A stretch of 64,000 bases of DNA from an uncultured Alphaproteobacteria bacterium (lineage in GTDB: Bacteria > Pseudomonadota > Alphaproteobacteria > Acetobacterales > Acetobacteraceae). Location: positions 136,515-200,514 of the forward strand of contig CAWBST010000021.1 of NCBI GenBank assembly GCA_963791495.1. The letters run 5' to 3'. The notes under the pieces are model-generated. The model searched no databases. It was not told where the DNA came from and saw only the letters and a list, made by a program, of their open reading frames with translations. The number at the start of each line of letters is the position of its first letter. The stretch's first letter is position 1. Made by a program: the position numbers and the translations under genes. Of this stretch, positions 39,837 to 49,055 are shown in pieces.

Positions 39837-41096
39837 ATGAATGCTCCGGTCAGTGTCGATACGCGCGAGGAAGCCTGGTCGCTTCCGCTCGACAGGATCG
39901 ACGTCAGCCAGCCGCGGCTTTACCAAGACGACATCTGGCATCCGTATTTCGAACGCCTGCGCCGGGAAGATCCAGTGCACTGGTGCGAGGACGGGATGTA
40001 CGGCTCGTACTGGTCGGTGACCAAGTACAAAGACATCATGCAGGTGGATACTAACCAGAAGATCTATTCGTCCGATGCCATGATGGGCGGCATCGTGCTG
40101 CGCGATACGCCGATGGATTATCGCCGGCCGAGCTTCATCTCGATGGATCAGCCGAAGCACGACGAGCAGCGCAAGGTGGTGTCGCCTGTCGTCGCACCGA
40201 TGAACCTGCAGCGTCTCTCCGGTACGATCCGCGAGCGCACGCAGCGGGTGCTGGATGGACTGCCGCGCGGCGAGGCGTTCGACTGGGTGGATCGCGTGTC
40301 GATCGAACTCACGACGCAGATGCTTGCCACGCTGTTCGACTTTCCGTTCGAGGAGCGGCGGAAGCTCACCTACTGGTCGAACGTTGCGACCGTGAACACG
40401 CGCGCCGGCACCGAGATCGATTCTGACGAGAAACGCGACGCGGTTTTGCAGCAGGCGATGGAATACTTCGTCCAGCTCTGGCACGAACGGTCGAAACAGG
40501 AGCCGCGTCCTGACCTGATCTCCATGCTGGCGCATGGCGAGGCGACACGCGATTTGCCGTCGCGGCCGCGGGAATTCATGGGCAACATCCTGCTGCTGCT
40601 GATTGGCGGCAATGACACGACGCGGAACTCGATGTCCGGGGGGCTGTGGGCGCTACACAACAATCCTGACCAGTATCGCAAGCTGATGGACAACCCCGCA
40701 CTGGTGACGAGCCTGGTGCCAGAAATCATTCGCTACCATACGCCAGTGATTCACATGCGGCGTACGGCGCTGGAGGATGCCGACCTGGGCGGCAAGCGCA
40801 TCCGCAAGGGCGACAAGGTCGCGATGTGGTACATCTCGGGCAACCGCGACGATGAGGCGATCGAGAACGCCAACGACTTCATCATCGATAGAGCGCGGCC
40901 ACGGCAACATCTGTCGTTCGGCTTCGGCATCCATCGCTGCGTCGGCAACCGCCTGGCCGAGCTGCAACTGACGATACTGTGGGAGGAGATCCTGCAGCGC
41001 TTTCCGATGATCGAGGTGCTCGAACCGCCGCAGCGCGCTTACTCCAACATCCTGCGTAGCATCGCCTCGATGCCGGTTCGTATTCCTGTGCACTGA
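39837..41096 (+). CDS. Cytochrome P450, CYP153-like
   Basis: I-helix LLLLIGGNDTTRNS, EXXR (EIIRYHTP), and Cys ligand loop HLSFGFGIHRCVGNRLAE. N-terminus SYWSVTKYKDIMQVD. All resemble CYP153 hallmarks as I recall them. Confidence 0.88.
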   Translation: MNAPVSVDTREEAWSLPLDRIDVSQPRLYQDDIWHPYFERLRREDPVHWCEDGMYGSYWSVTKYKDIMQVDTNQKIYSSDAMMGGIVLRDTPMDYRRPSFISMDQPKHDEQRKVVSPVVAPMNLQRLSGTIRERTQRVLDGLPRGEAFDWVDRVSIELTTQMLATLFDFPFEERRKLTYWSNVATVNTRAGTEIDSDEKRDAVLQQAMEYFVQLWHERSKQEPRPDLISMLAHGEATRDLPSRPREFMGNILLLLIGGNDTTRNSMSGGLWALHNNPDQYRKLMDNPALVTSLVPEIIRYHTPVIHMRRTALEDADLGGKRIRKGDKVAMWYISGNRDDEAIENANDFIIDRARPRQHLSFGFGIHRCVGNRLAELQLTILWEEILQRFPMIEVLEPPQRAYSNILRSIASMPVRIPVH

Positions 41097-41100
41097 GGAC

Positions 41101-41859
41101 GTGGCGGCAACCACCTCAATCACTGTCGAAGAGACGCCGCTCGTCCTCCAACTTCTGTCCAGGGCGGATGATGCGCTGATCCTTGGGCATCGTCTGTCGG
41201 AATGGACCGGCCACGCGCCGATGCTCGAGGAGGAGCTGGCGCTGGCCAACATCGCGCTCGATCTCATCGGCCAAGCGCGGACCCTATACGGCTATGCGGG
41301 CACGCTCACCGGCCACACCGAGGACGAGCTTGCCTATCTGCGTGACGTCCCGGCATGGCGGAACTGCCTGATCGTGGAGCTTCCGAATGGCGACTTCGCC
41401 TTCAGCATCGCGCGCCTTCTGCTGGTCTCGGCGTTCGTCGATCCGTTCTGGCGCGCGTCAGCCGCGTCCACCGACAGCACGATTGCCGCCATCGCTGCGA
41501 AGGCGGAGAAGGAGACCTCTTATCACCTGCGGCACGCGGCTGAGTGGCTGATTCGCCTTGGCGACGGCACCGCGGAAAGTCATCGTCGCGCGCAGACCGC
41601 GCTCGATGATCTGTGGCCTTACACGGGCGAACTGTTCACCGACCTGGCGAGTGATGCCGGAATAGTCCCGGACCCGATATCGCTCCGTGATGCCTGGAAC
41701 GCTACCATCGACAGTGTCCTGGCACGCGCCACGCTTGCGCGTCCGCCGGATGGCTGGAGGCAGTCGGGCGGGCGGATCGGACGGCACACCGAACACCTCG
41801 GGTACTTGTTGGCGGAGATGCAATTCCTTCAGCATACCTATCCAGGCGCCACATGGTAG
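41101..41859 (+). CDS. paaC: 1,2-phenylacetyl-CoA epoxidase subunit C
   Basis: GTG start 4 nt after the P450 stop. LILGHRLSEWTGHAPMLEEELALANIALDLIGQAR. Confidence 0.85.
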   Translation: MAATTSITVEETPLVLQLLSRADDALILGHRLSEWTGHAPMLEEELALANIALDLIGQARTLYGYAGTLTGHTEDELAYLRDVPAWRNCLIVELPNGDFAFSIARLLLVSAFVDPFWRASAASTDSTIAAIAAKAEKETSYHLRHAAEWLIRLGDGTAESHRRAQTALDDLWPYTGELFTDLASDAGIVPDPISLRDAWNATIDSVLARATLARPPDGWRQSGGRIGRHTEHLGYLLAEMQFLQHTYPGATW

Positions 41860-42341
41860 ACGCCAACTCGCTGCGCGAACGTGCACTTGCCGCACTGGAA
41901 GAGGTCACCGATCCTGAGATCCCGGTACTGACGATCACCGATCTCGGGATCCTGCGCGACGTTTCGGTGCGCGATGGCGTGGTAGAGGTCACCATCACGC
42001 CCACCTACTCCGGCTGCCCTGCGATGAACATGATCACGCTAGAGATCGAAACGGCACTCGCTCGCGCCGGCATCAAGGCGCGTGTGCACACAACCTTATC
42101 GCCCGCCTGGACGACCGACTGGCTGACGGATGCAGCGCGCCGCAAGCTTGCAGCTTTCGGCATCGCCCCGCCGGAACACGCTGCAGCACGTCGCGCGCTG
42201 TTTGGTGAGGCAAGTCCTGCCTGTCCGCAGTGCGGCAGCGCCGACACCGAACAGATCAGCGAGTTCGGCTCGACCGCGTGCAAGTCCCTGCACCGCTGCC
42301 GCACATGTCGCGAACCGTTCGATGCCTTCAAGTGCCATTGA
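41853..42341 (+). CDS. paaD: Phenylacetate-CoA oxygenase subunit PaaD (PaaJ)
   Basis: VTDPEIPVLTITDLGILRDV, TPTYSGCPAM, and C-terminal CPQCGS...CRTC. Overlaps the paaC stop. Confidence 0.85.
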   Translation: MVDANSLRERALAALEEVTDPEIPVLTITDLGILRDVSVRDGVVEVTITPTYSGCPAMNMITLEIETALARAGIKARVHTTLSPAWTTDWLTDAARRKLAAFGIAPPEHAAARRALFGEASPACPQCGSADTEQISEFGSTACKSLHRCRTCREPFDAFKCH

Positions 42342-42358
42342 TCAACAGGGAGGAAGCC

Positions 42359-42751
42359 ATGGCGAGACAGGCGATCATCACCGACAAGGCGCCGAAGCCG
42401 GGCGGACATTTCGCGCAGGCGATAGCGGTGGAAGCGACCGGCAGGCTGGTGTTCATCTCCGGCATGGTCGCACAGCGGCCGGACGGCACGATCGCCGGCA
42501 TTGGCGACATCGAGGCGCAGACGCGCCAAGTCTGCGAGAACGTCAAGGCCGCGGTGGAGGCCGCGGGTGGCACGCTCGCGAATGTCTGCCGCGTCGATGT
42601 CTATGTGCGCAACATGGAGAATCTGGCGCCAATTCATAAGGTGCGGCGCGAGTACTTTCCGTCTCCGCCGCCGGCCTCGACGCTGGTCGAGGTGAGCAAG
42701 TTCACTCATCCGGATTACCTCATCGAGATGAGCGCGATCGCCGTCGTGTGA
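42359..42751 (+). CDS. RidA/YjgF-family reactive-intermediate deaminase
   Basis: 130 aa. APKPGGHFAQAI..GRLVFISGMVA...IEAQTRQVCENVKAAVEAAGG.L.NV.RVDVYV. SD GGGAGGA. Confidence 0.88.
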   Translation: MARQAIITDKAPKPGGHFAQAIAVEATGRLVFISGMVAQRPDGTIAGIGDIEAQTRQVCENVKAAVEAAGGTLANVCRVDVYVRNMENLAPIHKVRREYFPSPPPASTLVEVSKFTHPDYLIEMSAIAVV

Positions 42752-42787
42752 CGCTTCGGCGGCGGCCGAAGCGACGCGCGTGGATGC

Positions 42788-43795
42788 ATGGCGTTTGGCA
42801 ATGCATATCGGACCGACACCGATGGAGATACGCCAATGCCAGCATTGCTCGACCCGCGCGAGGGGCACTTCCGCATTCCCAGCAGCCATGCCGGGCTATC
42901 GCTGTTCCTCCGCTATCTGCCGCCGCCCAACGGAATGCCGACAAAAGGCGTTGTGCTTTACGTCCACGGCGCGACGTTTCCCTCCGCGCTGTCGATCGCT
43001 CACCGCTTCGATGGCCGTTCCTGGCGCGACGAACTCTGCGCGGCGGGCTTTCATGTCTGGGGATTCGACTTTCATGGCTACGGCCACTCGGATCCCTATC
43101 CCGGCATGTCTGAACCGCCAGAGGGGCGCGAACCACTCTGCCGCGCGGATGACGCCAGCCGGCAGCTGGAACAAGCCGCGCGTTTCATCTGCCAGCATCA
43201 CGCGACCGAGCGGATTTCCATTGTCGCGCATTCCTGGGGTACGATCGTTGCCTGCCACTTTGCCGCGCGCTGCTCGGAGCTGGTTGACCGGCTGGTGCTG
43301 TTCGGGGCCATCGCACGCCGAAATGGCACGGCCGCGCATGGCTATCCGGCATGGCGGCTCGTCTCGCTGCAGGATCAGTGGCAGCGTTTCACTGCGGAGG
43401 TTCCCCCAGACGAGCCGCCCGTGCTGTCGCGCCGGCATTTTGCCGAATGGGGCGAGCGCTATCTGGACAGCGACGCGGCGAGCTGGACGCGGACGCCACC
43501 CAGTGTGCAGACGCCGAGTGGACCTTGGTTCGACATTGGCCGCGCCTGGGCAGGCGATCTTGCCTACGATCCTGCGCTCGTCCGCGCGCCAGTGGCGATC
43601 ATTCGCGGCGAGTGGGACAGCATGTGCACCGATGCCGACGCCGCCTGGCTGTTCGGCGCCTTCACCTCATCGCCGATCCGGCGCGATGTGAAGATCAGCC
43701 GCGGCACGCATCTGATGCATCTGGAGACAAGCCGCTACGCGCTGTATCGCGAGACGCAGAATTTCCTCGCGGGCGGCGATGCGCCCCCTACATAG
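42788..43795 (+). CDS. Alpha/beta-fold hydrolase
   Basis: VVLYVHGATFPS, FDFHGYGHSD, and nucleophile elbow VAHSWG. Confidence 0.7.
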   Translation: MAFGNAYRTDTDGDTPMPALLDPREGHFRIPSSHAGLSLFLRYLPPPNGMPTKGVVLYVHGATFPSALSIAHRFDGRSWRDELCAAGFHVWGFDFHGYGHSDPYPGMSEPPEGREPLCRADDASRQLEQAARFICQHHATERISIVAHSWGTIVACHFAARCSELVDRLVLFGAIARRNGTAAHGYPAWRLVSLQDQWQRFTAEVPPDEPPVLSRRHFAEWGERYLDSDAASWTRTPPSVQTPSGPWFDIGRAWAGDLAYDPALVRAPVAIIRGEWDSMCTDADAAWLFGAFTSSPIRRDVKISRGTHLMHLETSRYALYRETQNFLAGGDAPPT

Positions 43796-43853
43796 CGCGG
43801 CGCCGCGGCGGCGGTTAGACTTGCGCCAATCTATCCGCCTAGGGAGACCGTCC

Positions 43854-44735
43854 ATGAGCGTCCTGCGAGGCAACAACGGACCGCGCTATAAGCACAGCGC
43901 CGATGAGCCGGTCGCTTACGACACGATCACCGTCGACAAGCTGACGCCGATCATCGGCGCGGAGATCGGCGGCGTCGATCTCTCGCAGCCGCTGGGCAAC
44001 CAGACCTTCGAGGAGATCCACCGCGCGCTGGCGGAGAACCTGGTGATCTTCTTCCGCGACCAGCACATCAGCGAGGACCAGCACCTCGATTTCGGCCGCA
44101 GCTTCGGAAAACTGCACCTCCATCCCGCGGCGCCACACGCAGCGGGCCATCCGGAGCTGATGGTTATCCATGCCGACAAGGATTCGCCGCGCGCCAACGG
44201 CGAAGGCTGGCACAGCGATGTGTCCTGCGACGTGGAGCCGCCGATGGGCAGCATCCTGTATATCCGCAAGTGCCCACCGCGCGGTGGCGACACGCTGTTC
44301 GCCTCGATGTATGCCGCCTACGAGGCGCTGTCGGACCGCATGAAGAGCTATCTGGAGGGCCTCACTGCGATCCATGATGGCGAGGACGCGTATCGCGGCA
44401 CCTACGCCAACTATGGTGTCGCGGACAAGCCGACCTATCCGCGCGCCGAACATCCGGTAATCCGCACGCATCCGGTGACCGGCAAGAAGGCACTTTACGT
44501 CAACCGCGGCTTCACCAAGCGCATCGTCGGTGTTCCGCGCGACGAGAGCAACGCGATCCTGCACTACCTGTGGGACATGGCGGAGGATCCGTTGTTCCAG
44601 TGCCGTTTCCGTTGGCGGGAGAACTCCATCGCGTTCTGGGACAACCGCTGTGCGCAGCATCGCGCCATGTGGGACTACTGGCCGCACACGCGCTCGGGCC
44701 ATCGCGTGACCGTGCAGGGCGACAGGCCGGTCTGA
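43854..44735 (+). CDS. TauD/TfdA-family Fe(II)/2-oxoglutarate dioxygenase (second copy)
   Basis: GEGWHSDVSCD (HxD), GGDTLFASM, and WDNRCAQHRAMWDY. ATG behind AGGGAG. Confidence 0.85.
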   Translation: MSVLRGNNGPRYKHSADEPVAYDTITVDKLTPIIGAEIGGVDLSQPLGNQTFEEIHRALAENLVIFFRDQHISEDQHLDFGRSFGKLHLHPAAPHAAGHPELMVIHADKDSPRANGEGWHSDVSCDVEPPMGSILYIRKCPPRGGDTLFASMYAAYEALSDRMKSYLEGLTAIHDGEDAYRGTYANYGVADKPTYPRAEHPVIRTHPVTGKKALYVNRGFTKRIVGVPRDESNAILHYLWDMAEDPLFQCRFRWRENSIAFWDNRCAQHRAMWDYWPHTRSGHRVTVQGDRPV

Positions 44736-45121
44736 TGGCGAATGCAGCGACCTCGCCACTGGGCGTCTATCTCGAACATCTGGAGAAGGGCGAACTGGCC
44801 TATCAGTTCAGCCCCGAGGCCAATGCCGCAGTGTTCTATCCTCGCGTGATCTGCCCGTTCACCGGCAGCGACAAGCTGCAATGGCGGGTAAGCAAGGGGA
44901 TTGGCACCGTGCACGCCACCACCGTCGTGTATCCGCAGAGGGGCGATCCCTACAACGTCGCGCTGATCGACATCGACGAGGGCTTCCGCATGATGAGCCG
45001 TGTCGAGGACATCGCGCCGTTGGACGTCCGCATCGGCATGAGGGTGAAGTTCCGCGTCCACGCCGCGGAGGGCGATGAGCCGCCCTATCCGGTATTCACG
45101 CCGGCGGATGCTTCGCCATGA
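44735..45121 (+). CDS. DUF35-type OB-fold protein (thiolase partner)
   Basis: 128 aa. Overlaps the stop of tauD and the start of the thiolase-like gene. OB-fold segment GTVHATTVVY...YNVALIDIDEGFRMMSRV. Confidence 0.75.
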   Translation: MANAATSPLGVYLEHLEKGELAYQFSPEANAAVFYPRVICPFTGSDKLQWRVSKGIGTVHATTVVYPQRGDPYNVALIDIDEGFRMMSRVEDIAPLDVRIGMRVKFRVHAAEGDEPPYPVFTPADASP

Positions 45122-46272
45122 ACGGCCTCACGCGCGGCAGCGCAGCGATCGTTGGCGCGGCCGAATCGGATATCGGTGCGGTCGCCGCCAACATGAGTCC
45201 GCTCGACCTGATGGCCCAGGGCATCCATCGCGCGCTCGCAGACTGTGGGCTGAAACTGAGCGACGTCGACGGCATCTTCTGCGCTGCCACGCAGGCGCGA
45301 ACGTCGGCGATGTCGCTCTGCGAGTATCTTCGCCTTCCCTCGGCGTATACCGACTCCACCATCGTCGGCGGCTCGTCTTTCGAGGTGCACGTCGCGCACG
45401 CCCAGGCGGCGCTTGCGGCGGGTCTGTGTTCTGTCGCGGTGATCGCGTATGGCAGCACACAGCGCACAGTTGGCAGACGGCAGGCTTCGGCGCGCGAGTA
45501 CAATCCATACGAAACACCATTCAGGCCGTTCCTGCCCTCCACGGCGTACGCGCTCACAGCCTCGCGTCACATGCACGAATACGGCACTACGCGCGAACAG
45601 CTGGCCGAAGTGGCGGTGGCCGCGCGCGAATGGGCGCTGTTGAACCCGGTCGCATGGGAGAAGAAGCCTCTCACCATCCAAGAGGTGCTGTCGGCACGAC
45701 CGATCAGCCATCCGTTCACCGTACGCGACTGCTGCCTGATCACCGATGGTGGCGGCGCCATCGTGATGATGTCAGCCGACCGCGCACGAAGTCTGGCGAA
45801 GCCTCCGGTCTATGTCCTCGGCTGCGGCCAGGCAATCACGCACGCGTCGATCTCCTCGATGCCGGACCTCACCGTCACCGGAGCACGCGAATCAGGCGCC
45901 GCCGCCTATCGCATGGCGCAGATGCGTGAGACCGACATCGACGTGCTGGCGCTGTATGACGCGTTCACGATCAATACGATCTTGTTCCTCGAGGATCTGG
46001 GGTTCTGCCCAAAAGGCGAGGGCGGACGATTCGTCAGCGGCGGCCGCATCGGACCGAAGGGCAGCCTGCCCGTCAACACCAATGGCGGCGGGTTGTCCTA
46101 TTGCCATCCCGGCATGTACGGACTGTTCCTGCTGATCGAGGCAGTGCGTCAGTTGCGTGGCGAGTGTGGTGAACGCCAGGTCGCACAGGCGCAGACCGCG
46201 CTCGTGCACGGCAATGGTGGCGTGTTGTCGGCGCAGGCAACGGTGATCCTGGGGACGCAGGCTACGGTGTAG
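45118..46272 (+). CDS. Thiolase-like protein (SCP-x / lipid-transfer type)
   Basis: 384 aa. AIVGAAESD N-terminus and C-terminal VNTNGGGLSYCHPGMYG. The DUF35 + thiolase pairing is typical. Confidence 0.8.
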   Translation: MNGLTRGSAAIVGAAESDIGAVAANMSPLDLMAQGIHRALADCGLKLSDVDGIFCAATQARTSAMSLCEYLRLPSAYTDSTIVGGSSFEVHVAHAQAALAAGLCSVAVIAYGSTQRTVGRRQASAREYNPYETPFRPFLPSTAYALTASRHMHEYGTTREQLAEVAVAAREWALLNPVAWEKKPLTIQEVLSARPISHPFTVRDCCLITDGGGAIVMMSADRARSLAKPPVYVLGCGQAITHASISSMPDLTVTGARESGAAAYRMAQMRETDIDVLALYDAFTINTILFLEDLGFCPKGEGGRFVSGGRIGPKGSLPVNTNGGGLSYCHPGMYGLFLLIEAVRQLRGECGERQVAQAQTALVHGNGGVLSAQATVILGTQATV

Positions 46273-46600
46273 CTCCGTCGGTCAGCGTGTAGGTCCGCAT
46301 CGCGCAGATATCGACGTTGCGGCGGATTTCGCTGGTTCCGTCGGTGAATACCAACTTGAAGTCGTAGCGGCAGTCGCCGGCCGGATCCTCCAGGTCGAGC
46401 TGCACGAAGTGATTGGGCTGCAGCCCGCGCCGGCTGAGCAGGTCCACATTCCACTCGTCAGTTCCCGCGTGAGAGGCGAAGAACGAGGCCACTGTGGTGC
46501 GCGAACTGTTCACCAGGTTCAGATCGCGCGTGAGGTGGCTGGCCTGTGCCACGGTCGCAAGGCTTGTCATCGCCAGCAGGGCGATCATGGTCCTGAACAT
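46262..46600 (-). CDS. Small secreted hypothetical protein
   Basis: Signal peptide MFRTMIALLAMTSLATVAQA. Two Cys (CRYDFKLVF...VDIC). Tail-to-tail 11-nt overlap with the thiolase-like gene. Confidence 0.5.
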   Translation of the reverse strand: MFRTMIALLAMTSLATVAQASHLTRDLNLVNSSRTTVASFFASHAGTDEWNVDLLSRRGLQPNHFVQLDLEDPAGDCRYDFKLVFTDGTSEIRRNVDICAMRTYTLTDGATP

Positions 46601-46723
46601 CGGCGCCGGCCTCCTCGCCAGGCTTCGCGACGGGGAGGCATATCCGAGTATGGACGGCCTGCTGAACTGGAAGGATGCCCTGTGCGCATCCCATCATTTT
46701 CCTGTTTTGTTCTTACTTCAAGG

Positions 46724-47590
46724 TTACAGTTCAGTGCTGTGCCGAATCAATTCTGCCGCTCGACGAACGCCGCCGAAGGTGAAGACATGCAGACCTGCAA
46801 TCGGTGCATCGGCGGTTTCGCCGGCCACCAAGTCGGCGATCAATGCTTCCGGGCCGGCCTCCGTCATGATGCGCGCGAATGCCGTGTGGCCGCGTGCCAG
46901 CGCACGCAGCGACGCACCGATGCCACAGCGGATGGCGAACTTGGCGAGCGTGGCCACAGTCGCGGGACCGGCAACGCCGACATGCACCGGGCAGTCCATG
47001 CCATGCGCGCGTTGGGCCGCGATCCAGCGCAGGATCGGCTGCGCCTCGAAGCCGAACTGCGTCACCAGCGATATCGCAAGCCCACCCTGTCTCGCCAGCG
47101 CCACCTTCGCCTGCAGCGCCGCATCCAGGGTGTGCGCGTCGATCGCCGGATGACCCTCGGGATAGCCGCCGAACGAGACCTGCGCGATGCCGTGCCGCTC
47201 CACGACACCGGTCGCCAGCAAATCGAGGCTGGCTCGGAACGGCCCCACGGGACTGTCGTCGCCACCGATCAGCAGGATGCGATCGACCGCCGCCTCGCCC
47301 GCCGCGCGCTGCAGGAAGTCGCTGGCCTGGGTGAAACTCGCCAGACGCCGGGCAGCGACATGCGGCACGGGGACAAAACCGGCGCGACGCAGCCGCGCAC
47401 AGGCAGCGACGATGTCATGGTGTGTCACGCTGGGCGGGTGGTTGACGAATACGGTCGTGCCAGGAGCGAGCAGCTTGCGCAGCGCATCGCCGGCGAGTTC
47501 GTCACGCGGCGACAGTTCGAGCGAACAGTCGGCGATCAGCGCCGCTGTGCGCTGATGCTGCGTGGCTGTGAGGGTGGTTGCGTCCATCAT
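46724..47590 (-). CDS. Divergent methylenetetrahydrofolate reductase-family protein
   Basis: From ATG 47590 (MMDATT...): CSLELSPRD occupies the place of the MetF FEFFPP motif. GGYPEGHP resembles MetF YPExHP. TGATG overlap with the upstream gene. Confidence 0.65.
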   Translation of the reverse strand: MMDATTLTATQHQRTAALIADCSLELSPRDELAGDALRKLLAPGTTVFVNHPPSVTHHDIVAACARLRRAGFVPVPHVAARRLASFTQASDFLQRAAGEAAVDRILLIGGDDSPVGPFRASLDLLATGVVERHGIAQVSFGGYPEGHPAIDAHTLDAALQAKVALARQGGLAISLVTQFGFEAQPILRWIAAQRAHGMDCPVHVGVAGPATVATLAKFAIRCGIGASLRALARGHTAFARIMTEAGPEALIADLVAGETADAPIAGLHVFTFGGVRRAAELIRHSTEL

Positions 47591-48954
47591 CAGGAGTCCC
47601 GCTTGCGCGAGATCACGTAGGACTCGTCCCAGAACCATAGGCCGCCGCGTTCTTGCAGCACGGCCTTGGTCGCTTCGAGATAGGCGCCACTGCTGATCGC
47701 TTCGGACAGTCGCTGGTCCTCGATCTGCGCGACATAGACCGCGGCATTCCACGCGGCGAACAGCGTCGAGGTGCCGATCGTCTCGCTGATCTCGCTTGGC
47801 AGCGTGTGCATGTCGTAGCGGAACAGCGAGCGCGCATCTGCGTAGGCGCCAAAGTTCAGGTCACGCCCGGCGCTGCCGAGTTCCGCCTTGGTCGCGCGCA
47901 GCAGGGCGTGGCGGTCGGTGGTGAACGGATTCTCGCCCGGCCAGATGCGCTGGATGATCTCGAGCCCCGGATCGTCGCCGTGCGAGTGGATGGCGATCAG
48001 CCTGCCGCCCGGCGCCAGCGCGCGCGCCAGCGGCGCCACAACCCGGCGCGCCTTGAACTCAAGTGACGCACGCGCGCGATAGGGCTGCGAGGCGATCACC
48101 AGGTCGTACTCGGCCTCGGTGAAGCCACGGCGCGGGCGGACCTGATCCAGCAGGAACCTGTGGTCCTCGCGGTAGATCACCAGAACGACCGGCTTCTCGT
48201 AAACCGGATTGCCGCTGGCGCCGCTCACGCGGGCGCGCCAGTTCTCGGAGAGAAACGGGCCCAGATCGGTGATCTGGGTCTCGAACTCGTGCGCGGTGTT
48301 GCCGGTGAGCGAAAGCTCGTGCCAGACGAGGCTGGTGGCGGCATTGACCGAGTTCGGCTTCAGCCACGGCGCCTCGGAATAGTACATGTTGGTCATCACC
48401 AGCACCGTCGCGGGATGCTCGAACAACCGGTCGGGCATCTTCTCCAGCACGAGGCGCACATCCTCGAGGCTGACCTCCTTGCCGACGATGTAGAACGGCA
48501 TGGTCGGGAAGCGGTTGTGCATCGCACGCATGGTCCGGGCGAGCACCGTGCCGTCGCCCATGCCCGCGTCGAACAGGCGCACTGCCGGCGGGCGCGGATG
48601 GATGTTGGCGAGCTCCATGCCGACGCGTTGGGCGATCACCCACTTCTCGCCGCAGGTGGTGACGAACAGCAGGTATTTCTGCCGGTTGTCGTAGAAGCGG
48701 AAGTTGTGCGTGGTGCGGGTGGTTGGCTGCGGCGGCGCCGATGGCGGGCGGACGGCGGCGCCGTTGAGGATGCGGTGCGGCTCACGGGCGATGAAGGCGC
48801 GCACCCGGTCCACCGTATCGGTGGTGACGCGTCCGCCGAGGCGCAGCCGGCTGACCAGCTTGCCGTCGTTCACCGCGAGGCGCCCGAAGGTGGACTCGGC
48901 CATGCGGGCGCTACGGCAGAACTCGGCTATGTCGTGCAGGAGCGTTTCGCTCAA
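47590..48954 (-). CDS. Hypothetical 454-aa protein: N-terminal HTH-like segment plus class I methyltransferase-like core
   Basis: TTG start 7 nt after GGGAGG. N-terminus IAEFCRSARMAESTFGRLAVNDGKLVSRLRLGG. RLFDAGMGDGTVL resembles SAM motif I. LAPGGRLIAIHS resembles a post-motif region. Confidence 0.5.
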   Translation of the reverse strand: MSETLLHDIAEFCRSARMAESTFGRLAVNDGKLVSRLRLGGRVTTDTVDRVRAFIAREPHRILNGAAVRPPSAPPQPTTRTTHNFRFYDNRQKYLLFVTTCGEKWVIAQRVGMELANIHPRPPAVRLFDAGMGDGTVLARTMRAMHNRFPTMPFYIVGKEVSLEDVRLVLEKMPDRLFEHPATVLVMTNMYYSEAPWLKPNSVNAATSLVWHELSLTGNTAHEFETQITDLGPFLSENWRARVSGASGNPVYEKPVVLVIYREDHRFLLDQVRPRRGFTEAEYDLVIASQPYRARASLEFKARRVVAPLARALAPGGRLIAIHSHGDDPGLEIIQRIWPGENPFTTDRHALLRATKAELGSAGRDLNFGAYADARSLFRYDMHTLPSEISETIGTSTLFAAWNAAVYVAQIEDQRLSEAISSGAYLEATKAVLQERGGLWFWDESYVISRKRDS

Positions 48955-48962
48955 AGGACAAC

Positions 48963-48986
48963 CTCCCGGACCGATCGTCCCGGGAG
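48963..48986 (-). promoter_or_regulatory. 5'-UTR hairpin that sequesters the Shine-Dalgarno of the 454-aa gene
   Basis: mRNA CUCCCGG-N10-CCGGGAG. The 3' arm contains GGGAG of the GGGAGG SD. Confidence 0.35.
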
Positions 48987-49055
48987 TGAGCGACTACGTG
49001 GGCAATGCGTCAACCACAATCGTGCCCACTTACAGCGTGGGCGGTAGAGTGGGAC

